Source: Catajapyx aquilonaris | Lineage: Eukaryota | Direction: 5' to 3' | Assembly: GCA_000934665.2 (NCBI GenBank) | Contig: KZ538450.1 | Location: 1-64,000, forward strand | Length of the DNA: 64,000 bases | Shown: positions 1-13,000 of the stretch, piece after piece | Position numbering within the stretch: the stretch's first letter is position 1 | Layout of the letters: the number at the start of each line of letters is the position of its first letter | Translations under genes and position numbers: made by a program | The notes under the pieces: model-generated | Told to the model about the DNA's origin: nothing | What the model saw: only the letters and a program-made list of their open reading frames with translations | Database searches by the model: none

Positions 1-227
1 CAGGTTATGGCGAAATGCCCAAAGTTGTGAACAATCCACCCGCCACCTAGCAACTAAATGGTCCGCTCGCTAACGCCGCCAGCCTGAAGCGTCTGAGCGC
101 ACCCGTTCCTTGTCTATGAACCCCCTCTAGATGGCGTTTCCGGACACGGTTTCCTATGTCAAATATGTTTGTCTTGGTCCCCTCTATCACCCCTACAAGT
201 TTGTCGGCTGAATTCATTTACACCCTG
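1..227. mobile_element. Right end of Tc1/mariner-type foldback MITE (same family as 2145-2710)
   Basis: Matches right arm of 2145-2710; ends CACCCTG|TA. Confidence 0.75.
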
Positions 228-240
228 TATGTTTAATATA

Positions 241-973
241 CAGGGTGAATACTGTAACTTGGGCAAAAATCACAGGGTGGGTAGTGTAGACCAAGACAAG
301 TATTTTTGACATAGGAACCCATGTCCGGAAATGCCCCCGTACGGGGGTACGGCCGTTTCCCGCACAATATTTGGATGCAGCCAAAGGCCTGAACAACAAT
401 CGTTGTTTGGCTGTTTACATAGCAATTCAAGATCCCAACACAATGACGCATGGTAATAAAATTGTGTCATCCATTAGTTCCATCTTTCAGGACTAAAATC
501 TGTGTAACAAGGTTGGCTGACCTTGATCTAATAAAATCCTCCGTTCGGCCCTTGATACTCGCAATTGTCCACCTTCGTCTCCTTCACACGCGACACACCT
601 GATGAACGCAAGTTTCGAGTTAGGTGGGTTGCCTATCCACCAGGCGCAACTAGAGACCCTTAAAGAAGAGAGTCGCCAACTTGTTATGTAAGGTCGTCTC
701 TGATTCATTGGAGTCATTCTTACTCCAGCGAATCAGAGACGACAGTTTTTGGAGTGTTGACGTGCTTTAAGCGGGTTGGGATCTTGAATTGCTATGTAAA
801 CAGCCAAACAACGATTGTAGTTCAGGCCTTTGGCTGCATCCAAATATTGTGTGGGAAACGGCCGTACCCCCGTACGGGGGCATTTCCGGACATGGGTTCC
901 TATGTCAAAAATACTTGTCTTGGTCTACACTACCCACCCTGTGATTTTTGCCCAAGTTACAGTATTCACCCTG
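241..973. mobile_element. Tc1/mariner-type MITE with ~197 bp near-perfect TIRs
   Basis: TA|CAGGGTG...CACCCTG|TA; arms 241-437 and 777-973 give mirror-image ORFs. Confidence 0.9.
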
Positions 974-2080
974 TATAGCAAGATATGCCTCTAAATTGAT
1001 AAAAATAAGGCGTTTTGGCAGTGCCACTGGACAACTGCATCCTGAGCTACAATGACACTCACAATTCCAACACTCGTACGTTTCTAAAAGTTAATTTGAT
1101 TTTAAAATGCACTGCAGCAGGCATAACTATTATTTCACAGCTGCACTGCTCCAAATTCATTTTACAATTAACCATAAATATGGTATCTACTCAGATCTCA
1201 TAATGCAAATGTTCCCAGTCAATTATGAGTCAGGCATGACATCTATGTTGTCCTATAAAAGAAAGCCATAACTGCCATGTACTAAGTCTAATGTTACTTG
1301 ACTGGTTGCAGTAGTCTAAGGGTTCATTACCACTACATTGGTAGAGTCTGTATTTTTAAAAACAAAAAACATGTGCTAACATGCCCAAACCAGCTGACAA
1401 ATTCCTATGGGAAAGGGTAGAATAATGTGCTGGTGCTTCATATTGGGTGGGGATGGGCAGCTTCTGCTATTTCTAAGGGTCGTTGGCTTTTCTGGTGCCA
1501 GATGGCAACCCAATCAGGTGACAATCGTCAGGAGTAGGAAAGACCACTAGCAAGCATATTTGGAGTAGTTCTTTTCATCCCTCAGTCACAGGATGGCAGG
1601 GTAGTCAGGTGGCAGGTAGGGGGGTGGGAGTGCATGCCGAGAGAAAGCATGGACTGTTGGTAGGGAGGGCTAAAATATTAAAATTTAAACTAAGTTAAAT
1701 ATTTTGAACTAAAATTTTAATTAGCAATGCATTTGAAGTGAAACATGGCCTTTAAAATCCTGTTTTGAGGCACCTCCAAAGCAACCAATTTACACATATT
1801 TTTGTTGCTATTTTGCATTTCCAGATTTTCATGGTGAATGAATTATCATGCATTAAGGTACAGGGTGTTTCACTAGGTAGTCCCCCCAAAGAAGCTACTA
1901 TATTTTTCTTCCTACTCTACCTGGAAACATGATGTTTGGTTTAAAAGTTACCCTAGTTCATAGGAATGTAGCACCATTCACAATAAATGAGGTAATTGAT
2001 CTTCAACGACCTCCATACGCACTCAAATGCGACTCGACGCTCTTTATTATCGAAGATCCTCTGCAGCATATCGACATTAA

Positions 2081-3431
2081 CCCTTTGTCTCCCTTTGCAT
2101 TATAATGTAACCAAACAAAACAATTTTTTCAATTCACTGGTATACAGGGTGTTTATTAATTGTAACTCTGCAAAGACTTTCAGGGGTAATAGAGGGGACC
2201 AAGACAAGTATTTTTGACATAGGAACCCGTGCCCGGAAATGCCATCTAGAGGGGGTTCATAGACAAGGAACGGGTGCGCTCAGACGCGTCACGCGAGAGG
2301 CACTAGGCGAGCGGACTGTTTTGTTGATAGATGGCGCGCAGTTGCTGCCAGGTCATGGCGTATCGCGTCGTTGGAAGTAAAAAACGACGCGATACGCCAT
2401 AACCTGGCAACAACAGAACAGCTGTTGACTATCCGCGCGTCTCCTAGGAGGCGGACTTTAGTTGCTAGATGGCTCTGCTGTTGCCACACTATGCCACATC
2501 GCATCGTTGGTTACTATCCGAGCGCCATCTATCAACGAAACAGTCCGCTCGCCTGGCGCCTCCCACGTGACGCATCTGAGCACAACCATTCTTTGTCTAT
2601 GGACCCCCTCTAGATGGCGTTTTGGGACACGGGTTCCTATGTCAAAAATACTTGTCTTGGTCCCCTCTATTACCCCTGAAAGTCTTTGCATAGTTACAAT
2701 AAACACCCTGTATAACCCTGACAGAAATTTCTTTCACCATAGAAACTAGAAGAGTTACCTAAGGGTATGTTCATGATGTATTAATGGCATGACGTCATAG
2801 GCCAAAGGTCTCATTCATTGTAAACAACCGCTTACTGTACGAATTAAAATACACATAGCTCTCTGTCGCATACTTCCCAGTAAGTGGACATGCAGTGAAA
2901 ACTATTTAAAAATTCCCGAAATTCTGCGACTTACTTTTCGCCGGGGGGGAAGTCAGAATGATCTGTCAAGGGTAGGCAAACTCCCCTGGTGCCATTGCGG
3001 CCTAATTGGCCGGGTGGACTGCTCCAAGCTATAGGCGGTGACTGCTTGCCACCGGAGCCACCATTTTTTGCACCTGGTGGCTCACATTACCTCCGTTTAA
3101 ACTAGACCTTTAAGATTTTTAAAACAGACACTTCATGTTTTCATAATTTATTAGAGGGAGTGAGCAATCATGTAGAATTATCTTGGATTTTTTCGATGGG
3201 TGGAAGCCACCTAAAATAACCCGCATAGATGTCGCAACAGGATGACATCACCTACTCATGCAAAGCATATGAGGCGGTACATGGCTCTCTGAAGATGCAG
3301 CTCGGGTTTGTAGGTCTCGAATGCTTCAGCCCCACCTTGTGCATGAATCGAGAGCGAAACCAATGGTGCCAGATACAGTGATTTTCACCTAGGGCGCTAT
3401 TTTTATACCTCCACCCCAGCAGGAGACAGAG
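2081..3431. mobile_element. piggyBac-like non-autonomous element (TTAA), carrying 2145-2710
   Basis: TTAA on both sides, degenerate CCCTTTGTCTCC/GGAGACAGAG ends; a second copy of the left part starts at ~51544 without the internal insertion. Confidence 0.65.
2145..2710. mobile_element. Tc1/mariner-type foldback MITE
   Basis: TA|CAGGGTG...CACCCTG|TA with ~195 bp inverted arms. Confidence 0.88.
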
Positions 3432-3473
3432 TTAATTGTCAGGATTGCTGCACCAAGTGTTTTGGACCAATAC

Positions 3474-5009
3474 TGGTGAAAGAACCAGGTGGCTCCATTT
3501 TGCCAAGTTTTGAGAAAACGGAAAAAATGCGTTTAAAAAAATCAGAATTCACACCAGAACTGCAAAAATAAATACAGATGAACTACTCCAGAGCTGCCAA
3601 CCCTCCCGCATTGGGCGGGGGACTCCCGCATTTACGTGTTCTCCCCCGCCCCCCCGCAAGCAGGGTTATTTCCCCCGCCGTAGAGATTATCGTTAAATTA
3701 TTATATTTAGTACTACTACCTCACTCAGCCCCGTGTCACTTCCCCCCTAGTTGTATGGATACGATAGTTTAATTTCTGTGTCTACACCAGGCTGGGAATT
3801 TGGCGCTGGCTGCGCTACATCGTTCGCTATCCGCCATCTTTTTCAAGGTGTACTCAAGTGGTAAGTCTGCGGAAGAAAGATCCAGCCAATCGCGACAGAC
3901 TACCCGCTACCTACCACAGGGGTAGCACTTTGAACAAGATGGCGTCTTAGCGAACCATGGGACACAGAATTTATTACACTACCTTATTCGTGGAGAGTCA
4001 TAGGGCTGACCATGGGCGTAGCCAGGGGGGGCAGCCCCCCAAATCTCTCCCGTTTTGCCCCATTTGACGTCGCGAGGAAGGGTTGTGACCTTGAACCGAC
4101 AAAAAAGCTAACTGTAACCTATAACAAAGTACATGCTGGTAAGTAAATGTGCCTGAAACATTCCTATAATTTGATTTTGACTTTATATGAAAATCCCCCT
4201 CTCAGATGGCCAATCCCCCTCATTATGTCATTACCTCCCCCTCATTTTTGGGGGGTAGGGTTGGCAGCTCTGACTACTCACAATGGCTCTTAAAATGGTA
4301 TTAAGTAGTAAGCCGGTAACCAAATAAATCACACATAAATAAATGTTAGGTGAAGCTAACTGGTTCTTTCACCAAACAACCAACAGCACGAGAACCTCAT
4401 GAAAGGCCCTGAAGAAGTTCGCATCATTAGTACTATCGGCGAGATTTTTGGTACTTAGCGGTTTCTTGAGATGGGGAATCTAATGGAAAATCTGGAAATT
4501 GTGAAGTATGCAAGTTAAGGGTGTTTCTCAGGGGGGTGGGATGGGGGTAGGGGGAGGGGGCAGTGCACGGCAAAAGAAATTAATTTAAAAATGGTAATTT
4601 CAACGGGTGGTAGGGTGTGCGTATGGAAGAAGCAGGGAATGGGTCTGAAGGGCCAGTGACGATCCGTTTCGGAGATGTTGGCCTTTGATATTGACGATGT
4701 CCCTCCTTTCAAGTGTGGATACCGCCATGCCTGCTTGCATTGCGGGTTGCCGGAGTCAGGCAGTTGAGCTACTATTTGGTGGTGCGAGCGCTTGACTCCA
4801 GCAACCAGCAATTGAGGCATGTACGGAGGTATCCACACTTGCAAGGATGGACATCGTTGATGTCAAAGGTCGACATCTCACGTCTCGATGAAAGCTTGGA
4901 GGTACATCATTCTTTGATCAAACTATGGACAGTTTTTTTCTTCATAGGATCCCATAATTAACTTATTTTCCATGAAAAGTGGAGCTACCTGGTTCTTTCA
5001 CCAAGCCCT
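3474..5009. mobile_element. Kolobok-like non-autonomous element (left tip lost)
   Basis: Inverted repeat TGGTGAAAGAACCAGGTGGCTCCA / TGGAGCTACCTGGTTCTTTCACCA; right end ...AGCCCT|TTAA. Confidence 0.55.
3589..4272. mobile_element. Non-autonomous TIR element with 7-bp TSD (P- or hAT-like)
   Basis: TIR CAGAGCTGCCAACCCT / AGGGTTGGCAGCTCTG flanked by ACTACTC on both sides. Confidence 0.75.
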
Positions 5010-5297
5010 TTAATTTTGACACAAGAAACCAGTATCCTGTTTCCACCTGTAAAAAGAGCCGCAAATGGGGATATTTGAAGAGTTGTTCTTACAACAATGA
5101 GCCTGGACGTTAGAAGACTTGGAAAGCAACATAGTGCAGCAATCCAGACCATTTTTGAGGATATGCTGCGGAGGATCTTCGATAAAAGGAGCGTCGCTTC
5201 GAGTCGCGTTCGAGTGCGTATAGAAGTCGTTAAAGATCAATCCCAGAATTTACTGTGAATGGTGGTACATTCCCATGAACTAAGGTAACCTTTTTAA

Positions 5298-6140
5298 CCC
5301 TAATAAGACGGGCGTCACATACGCTGTGACAGTGGCTTTAAAAAATTCTGCTGGCGAAACTGTCGCGTTTTCCCACATGTAACATGGTTTCTGTGTGGCT
5401 TTTTTAATTTCCTCTCCCGTAAAAAATCGCGAGTTTTGGACTACAAAATCGTGCATAAATAAACCGGATTAACCAAATTAACTTGAATGAAATCATATTT
5501 TTGCGGCAGATGAAAGAAAAACTAAAAAAAAACAAAAAAAAAAAAAAACGACCTTGACCAGCAAATTTTTGGCATACAGTTGCCCCCAAACCTCAAGAGA
5601 TTCCACCCTAAAATTAGTGCAAAAGATGATTCAATAGTTTTAAAATGAATAAATAATGTTCATAAATGTCAATTACCAGTTGCCGGGAGTCTGCGCACTT
5701 CAACGCCGGCCTTCGTGTGGCTGTAGGGAGCATGTCCCCCTAGGCTTTTGAATAGCTGTTGCTGAAGGATGTTTATACTCGTGAGTGTTTATCAACACCG
5801 CTCACTTGACAGGCCTGTGCTGTAATTCATGCTATGTGCTTATGTATGGCTTTGTTCAGAGGTGCCAAGGCTACATACTGATAATTTTTTGTCAATCAAG
5901 CAGAGTGACAAAAAATTGGAGTAGGCGCAAAACAAACCCATCTGCGCCACCTCGTTTTGCATTTGAGAGTTTCCACTGTGTATGCATGAGAGGAGGGTCA
6001 CATAGATGGCCTCAGGATCAAGCCTGGACACTAGACGATCTTATTCACCAGTGTAGTCAAGTCTCGTCCCCCAAGTCTCAAGAAAGCGAATTTTTTGCAG
6101 ATACTTGCAAAAACGCGAAAAACCACCCGTCTTATTAGGG
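5298..6140. mobile_element. piggyBac-like MITE
   Basis: TTAA|CCCTAATAAGACGGG...CCCGTCTTATTAGGG|TTAA. Confidence 0.85.
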
Positions 6141-6802
6141 TTAAACCAAACATCACGTTTCTAGGTAGAGTGGTTAAGAAAATTAGTCGATTCTTTGGGG
6201 GGCCTACCTAGTGAAACATTCCGTTCTGTATGTCCTTATGAGTGTATCTTTTAGCCCTTCATTGCAGATGGTTTTTGTTTCTTCCCCCCAAAAAGTGGCA
6301 TTTAATTCATGTCTCGGCAGATCAGGGCAGAAAAAATGCAAATATTTAAGTCACACAAAACCAGTTAATTTTGCCTAGAAGCACAAGCTGTAGGTATTAT
6401 TTTGCATCCTTTTTAGGTCCACTGCACTCTTGAGAACATACTCTTATGGCTTACAATACCATAGTGAATACCGGTACCATGAAGAAAGATTGAAATTTTA
6501 ATAAATGCAACAACAACATCACGACATTTCCCTATGAGGGGTAGTCAGCGATGTAGGGAGATGCAAGTTAACCCAACATATGAACTAAATTAACTAATTA
6601 AATTAAATCAACTAAATTATTTTCACAAGTTTTTAATAAATTCAATGTTATATCCTCCTGAGACCTGATGTCCAATATATTGCACATCAGGTCTCAGGAG
6701 GATATATTTAGCCATTAGGGATTTTCTTTCCCCACAAGTAATTTCAACACTGAATATAGTTTAAATCTAAGATAGAGTAATGCAGAACAGATTAATTATT
6801 TA

Positions 6803-6961
6803 GGCTGGGTTGCACCGGCTCCTAGAAAATTTGTCTGGCCGACAAAGAGCCAGGTTACTTTGTTATTCATTGTTGTCAACCATGCTGTCAACAATGAATA
6901 ACAAAGTAACACGGCTCATTGTCAGCCAGACAAATTTTCTAGGAGCCGGTGCAACCCGGCC
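6803..6961. mobile_element. PIF/Harbinger (Tourist-like) hairpin MITE
   Basis: TTA TSD; GGCTGGGTTGCACC termini; almost fully palindromic. Confidence 0.85.
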
Positions 6962-7053
6962 TTAGTCAGTTTTAAAAATAAATTGCTTCACTACCATACC
7001 ATAGTGATTTAGCAGACCAGAAAGTTGCACACACATAACTCGCATATACGTAC

Positions 7054-10000
7054 GTGTCAACATGTCCATGGTTATGTCTCCATAACAGTAACCATAAGCA
7101 TCACTCTTGTGCTTGCATAGTTTCTCTCCTATAATTTCGCTGCTTACTATGGCTCCTTCCTTTACTACTCTGACTTTAGCTGGAACCTGCAAGAGCACAT
7201 ATTTTTTTCCAATGGCTTTAGTATGATACAAAAGGAAGAATTACCTTTTTCTCTCGCTTCTTCTTCCAGTCTCCTATCATGCATAGAAGTTTTTCAGCAA
7301 TAAAAAAAAATTGGAGGCATATCAATGCCATGAGACCTTTCCAAACACCTTCTTCATGATGAGATGCTGCTTCATGAGAATGCTCATCATGATGACTCAC
7401 AATGCCTCCTGCTAGAGCCTACAAGCAGAATAATTTATTTTAACTGCAAAAAATTGATCCCCACAAAAGAGTTGAGATACTGACATACAAACAATGCCCT
7501 ACCCATCAAATGTACACAACGACAAATCTGGGGTTGATGCTATTCCTTTGGTAGAGCAATTGGGCCTAAATGTTCTATTACAATTGCAGTTGTGGGGAGG
7601 CGTGGTGGCCGAGACGGTATCGTCTCGGCTTGCTGTGCAAAAGGTCCCAGGTTTGAACCCTGCCCAGGAGTTCCCTTTCACCTGCATCAGAAGGGGCTCT
7701 GACACGCGCCTTGGAGGCGTCTGGCAACCTAACGTCCAGGGAGACTGCACATGACCCAGTTCAGACATTTGCACATGCACCCGTGTCTCCTCCCCAAAAA
7801 TTCCCATCCTACCCCATGTCCTTTCTTCCCTGCACAGAGTTGAAGAAAAACTAGAAAAACGAAAAATTGAAAATATGGTGGTATTCCACACCCCCTCTCA
7901 ATGATAAAACCAATAATTAATCCCTTTGCTACCAGCTAGGCCGAAAACAGCTAGATTTTAGCTTACGCCTACTCTGAAAATAAGCTGTTTTTTTACTAAT
8001 AATAACAGCTATATTTACCCATTCATGGAAAACACTCTTAATGTGTTGCAAACAATTTTACTCCTCTAGAAGTCCCTAAATTAATTTCCAAAAAGACCAC
8101 CTTAAAAACTCGATATTCGAGTACTGCCGGCCAACTGTTAGGCTGTTTTAATTATTAAATACGCTAAAATATACGGAACCACCACCTTGAGAATCGGGCC
8201 AGATGAATTATCTGAAATTGTCGTACTTTTCAAGAAATAAATTAATACTTATTTGTGGCTTTTTGACACTTCGTGAGAAGTAAATCAATTTGGGAGTTTT
8301 CCAAAGTGTCACTATCCAAGTTAAGTTACTGGTGCTAAGTACAGTACAATTCCACTAAGGCAATACAAAACAAATGCATAGTACATTACAGTACTTGATA
8401 AGAAAAAGATATTCATTGCTGGAGCGGGATGGTCGGATAATCGGGGTTCTACTGTATCTGGAAAGTCCCAAGGTGATGTACTGCACATGAAAGTATTGGC
8501 AATTATCGTGCATAATCCCATGGATTATACCCAAGAAAATATTGATCACTTGGTAGTGCTTCATCATAGCCTTGTTGTCAGATAATGCCAGTCTTCCACA
8601 CTGTAGTACTTACATGAGGCAATAGATGCAACAATGCATCCCCTGCCAAAGATCCAACAGCCAGTGCCACAAGAAATTGGGTCAGATGTTGATAAAACAT
8701 TTTCTGCATAACTGGAATTACTGCAACTCCCAGAAGGCCACACAAGCTGATGACAAGCACACTTGCCGAAGCATATAGCCAAACTAAAGAAGAAATATTA
8801 AAATTTAAAAAGTCAGAAAAGTGTCATGGGAAGACAAGATATTTACTAGCTCCATCAACTGTTCTTTCTTCTTCGTTATGAGGGTGATGGTTATCTAAAT
8901 GATCTGTACAGCTGGACTGTCGGCAGTGCTTCTGATCCAGTTCATATATTATAGCAGAACAAAGCTGAACAAAATTCGTAGGCAAGATGACGCTTTGATG
9001 AGGCTCCATTCCAAACATGGTGAGTAACTCTGGTGCAGTCAAACACTGAAACAACGAAAATATGGACACATTAACACACAGGAATATACAGTAAGGCAGA
9101 TTGGGGTCGGTTGTAACAGGGTATGGTTGTAACATCGCCAATAATAAATGCGTTTGGAAGGCCCTGAAGCTGAAACTCACACAGTACGTGTGTCACTATG
9201 AACTCTACGCCAGGCAAAACTTTGGATACTCCTTTTTTGTCTTTCGTTTTTCTATATGAAAAAAACCAAAATCAGGGTATGTTCCCAACTTTTTTGAGGC
9301 GCAGTAATTAAGTGATTATGTTAAGCGTTACTTAATTGCCCTTGGTATCATGAGAAAGGTTCCTTTAGTGGGGTCCCACTGAAGGCATGGATGACCAAAT
9401 CATGTGCACAGTCAAAAAGTAGTAAGCATATCTACAAGACAACACACAATGGGGACGGTTGTAACAACTTCCTTGGGGTCGGTTGTAACATGGTAAAATC
9501 ATAAGAGAAAGGTCAAGTCTGTGTACAGATGTTACAGATACATATCTCACAGGTTATTGAGAGTAGAAATAGTTATTATTTTGTGCAATAAAGCCGCTTA
9601 TAACCAGTTTGTCGAAAATTTATGAATAAAAAGTCAATTTTCTTGTAATACTTATATGCTGAATAAATTCCAGTGTATTGAGAGATAAATAGTAATCTAG
9701 GTGGATGAAGCAGGCTATAAGACAATTGTCAAGAAGATGAGTGGGTGTAAATTGTTCTTCCATATGACATTTTCCCTTAAAACATAGTGTTACAATCAAC
9801 CCCACCCTCTGATACAACGGCCCCTATGATGGGGTTGGTTGTAACACACTGCCTTGCCTTGGAAAAATATTTATAAACCTATCAATTTTTAATCTTAAGA
9901 TTTTATCATGTTAATTTTACAAAGAGGAATGTTGCCTTATTTCCAACATGTCATAAACCTTTGCCTAAATGCATATGTAACTCAATTTAAAAATCCAGAC

Positions 10001-13000
10001 TAAAAAGTGTTACATTACAACCGACCCCGATCTCCCTCGTAGGTATATATTTTTTGCTACAAAATCCTTCTCAAATAATCCACATACAGGGCAGGAGTAA
10101 GACTGAAGTTAACTGTGACTGGTTTCTCATTGCACTATTATTGGACTTCTCAAATGTAGGATGTTCCTACTGGATTGCTTGGAGTTGTCAGTGGTTTTCC
10201 CCCAACCCTCCTCACTGTACTAAGCGGTCTATTAGATGACCTGGACATTAGGCCTGGAAAAAGTCACTCTGAAACTTTAATCACAACCCATTGGCAGCTA
10301 AAGTGACAGAAACACCACCTTTTCCAGGCCAGAACCCCTCTCCTGTAATGGTCAGATGTCAGAGGGATTCTTCCCATTTACCCTAATGCTATCAGTTAAT
10401 ATTCTTGATAACCCCTAAAGGCAACTGTTCAAAAGTAGCTCCTTAAAAACAAGCAGCTTATTTCCAAAAAAAATCGCTAGCAACTACAATCCAGTTGAAC
10501 ACCCTATTTAGAGACAAAAAACCAATCTTCTGCCTGTGGCACTTGACAATACTTCATGGGAGTTCATAATGCATTACATATGCTCATTGATGCATGCCCA
10601 GGGCAGAGCAAAAACGTTTTCTGCCAAACCTACAGAAATTCTTCGCTTCTGTTGTTCCTCATTGCTACCATCTACGTGTGTACTCATGCGCATCTTACGC
10701 GAAAATGCGGGTTACCAAACAGGGCGTCTTTTTTTTGCACCTTCATTATTTCTTGTGTAGTCATTTGTCCCCAAAATTTCACAGCCATTGTCAAGCCTTT
10801 TGGTGAAAGGCGATCGGAAAATTGAAGGTCACAAGTGAAACTTTAAAAGTTTAAATGCTCGCTGTCGCAACACATTGTGCAAATTTCCCCCTGATTTTGA
10901 GCCAGCTTTAGTCCTTGCACGGAATATTTAACCCAACAAGATTGATCTGTTCAGCTATTTATGCAACCACATAATATCAGTGACGTCACAATAGGCAACA
11001 ATGGCTGCCAACAATCAAATGTGGTTACATCTCGCCTGCTCCTATCACAAAGTTCCCGAGAATCCAAAGAAAATCGGGAATCTCAAGGTCATGATCCCCT
11101 CGGGGGCGATATAAAAACGACAAGGTCATAACGGTACCACTGCTGCCCTTAACCCACAACCAATCCTCGTCTCTTGGTAATTAGGACTTGATGTGCACCC
11201 GTTTACTTTTTTTTCTGGGGTGGAGGAAGCGGGATCTAGATCCACTTTGTTTTCCTCCCGGTAAAGTGAAAAAAAAAAAAAAAAACTTTTTTGAAAATTT
11301 TTACGAAGTGTAAAAAGGAGAGAAAAGAGGTCCGCCGCGTTCGCATCGCAAGCCTTTATGTAAGGCCGTACTCTCTCATATATCCCTCAATGCAACAGTT
11401 CAATTCAGCGCGCGTAAATCCAATGACTATTCATGAAGCAAATCGCTTTTCGCCTTTCCAGGTGACCCCATTTCCTCCCACGAAGGTGTTCCGTTATTGG
11501 CTTCTTTATGAACCGATTCCGCGGCTCTTTGCCGGCAGCCGAGTGCGGTGCCGTAACCCAGCAAGGATCTCCGACCGCAAGCTCCTGTCCCGAAACTGGA
11601 TGTATCCAGTCACAGTGCACCATTTGCCATGAAGTTCACTCGCGACAGAGGATTGTGCTATGTGAATTTGGCGACCCACGTGAGTGATGGCTATTTTATG
11701 AGTGGTGACGGTGTTTTATATGGTTGCTGTCTAGGAAAGTCGCGGATGATTTCGTAAGATTTACATTTTAAAAAAAACACAGACATGCGTGAATTACTTA
11801 TTGTTTCATTTTTTTAATTTTCAAAAATGAAAAAATGAAAAAATGAAGAACACAATAACTAAAAAGCTAACATTTGTACAAGTATCCTACAATTACGATC
11901 CTATGCATAATTATATGGGTTAACTTGCTACCTACCTTATTTTCCATCACTTTGTGCAGCAGAAGGTCCTGAAATATTTAAAACGAGGAATGTGAGAACA
12001 ATAGCCTAACTACGACCAATACTGAAATGCAAAATTTGCACTTTAAAATAATGGTAGTGCATTTCATCATGTTGTGTTGCCTCTCCATGTCCAAATTGGT
12101 GTGCTTTTAAACTGGTTACATCATGCTGAACACTTCATCCATAAAGCAGGCATTTTAAATACAGTCGAACTAAATGGGTCCCACACCTATTCAGACAACT
12201 AAAACGTCAGATAATACCTAAACAGGCGGATTGGGATCAAGCTCATCGAAAATTAAACAAAAATAGCAAAAAATAAAATTTCACTAACTAAATTGTGATT
12301 AACCCTGGAACCGTGCTGTGGGGTCTTTTCAGACCCCAAAGGAATTAAAACGCTTTAAAATTAAAATTACAATGAACTGTTTGCCATTTTTTTAAAGTAT
12401 ATAACAGGAAGTGTATGTTTATTTTGAATTAGCGATCATTTTAGGCATTGTTCAAAGAATTATTGCATATAGTCAATACATTGAAAAGTATTATATAAAA
12501 ATTAATAAAAATTAAAATATGGAGTGGGGTCCTAAAAGACCCCATGGCACAGTTAACCTAACTTTCAAGCATGGCACGGTTCCAGGGTTAATAATTCTAT
12601 GACCAAAAATGGAACAAAGGTGGAGCACTGTAGAAAAATGAAGAGTGCAGAAGAAATTTTTTCCATCACAATTAAATTACAGTATAGTACCACCCACTGT
12701 AATGAGACCTTGTAAAATACGAGGGCCGTACTAAAATGATTTACAATTTTTTTTTGCCACAAATACAATGCCCGTACAGATCGGCAGATAGTCACACATT
12801 ATAGATAGAATCCTCCTGGAGCCAAATGCACTACCACCACAGGTGTGTCAACCTCTCCAGGCCCTCCAGGAACCACTTTTTGGAGGTGTGACGCACCCAA
12901 TACCGGACAACTGTGCACAATCAACAACGTAAACAACTGTCAACAATGCCCTTGGAATTGCGTCGCCGAAGTTTTTTTTTTCATGGATCCGGGTTTGGGT

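Larger units (their letters stand above)
1861..6223. mobile_element. Tc1/mariner-type MITE expanded by several nested insertions
   Basis: Pieces 1861-2080, 3432-3473, 5010-5297 and 6141-6223 are colinear with the uninterrupted copy at 29066-29766. Confidence 0.8.

Noticed and set aside
233..978. Identical ORFs on opposite strands (also at 2371-2749, 12845-13045, 36842-37507)
   Set aside because: They are the two arms of palindromic MITEs, not genes.
3285..3375. Hammerhead-like CTGAAGA...CGAAAC
   Set aside because: No canonical NUH cleavage triplet and no convincing stem I.
11440..11495. Short resemblance to U2 5' end (ATCGCTTTTCGCCTTT) and U1 (CACGAAGGTG)
   Set aside because: No branch-point recognition sequence, Sm site or further similarity.
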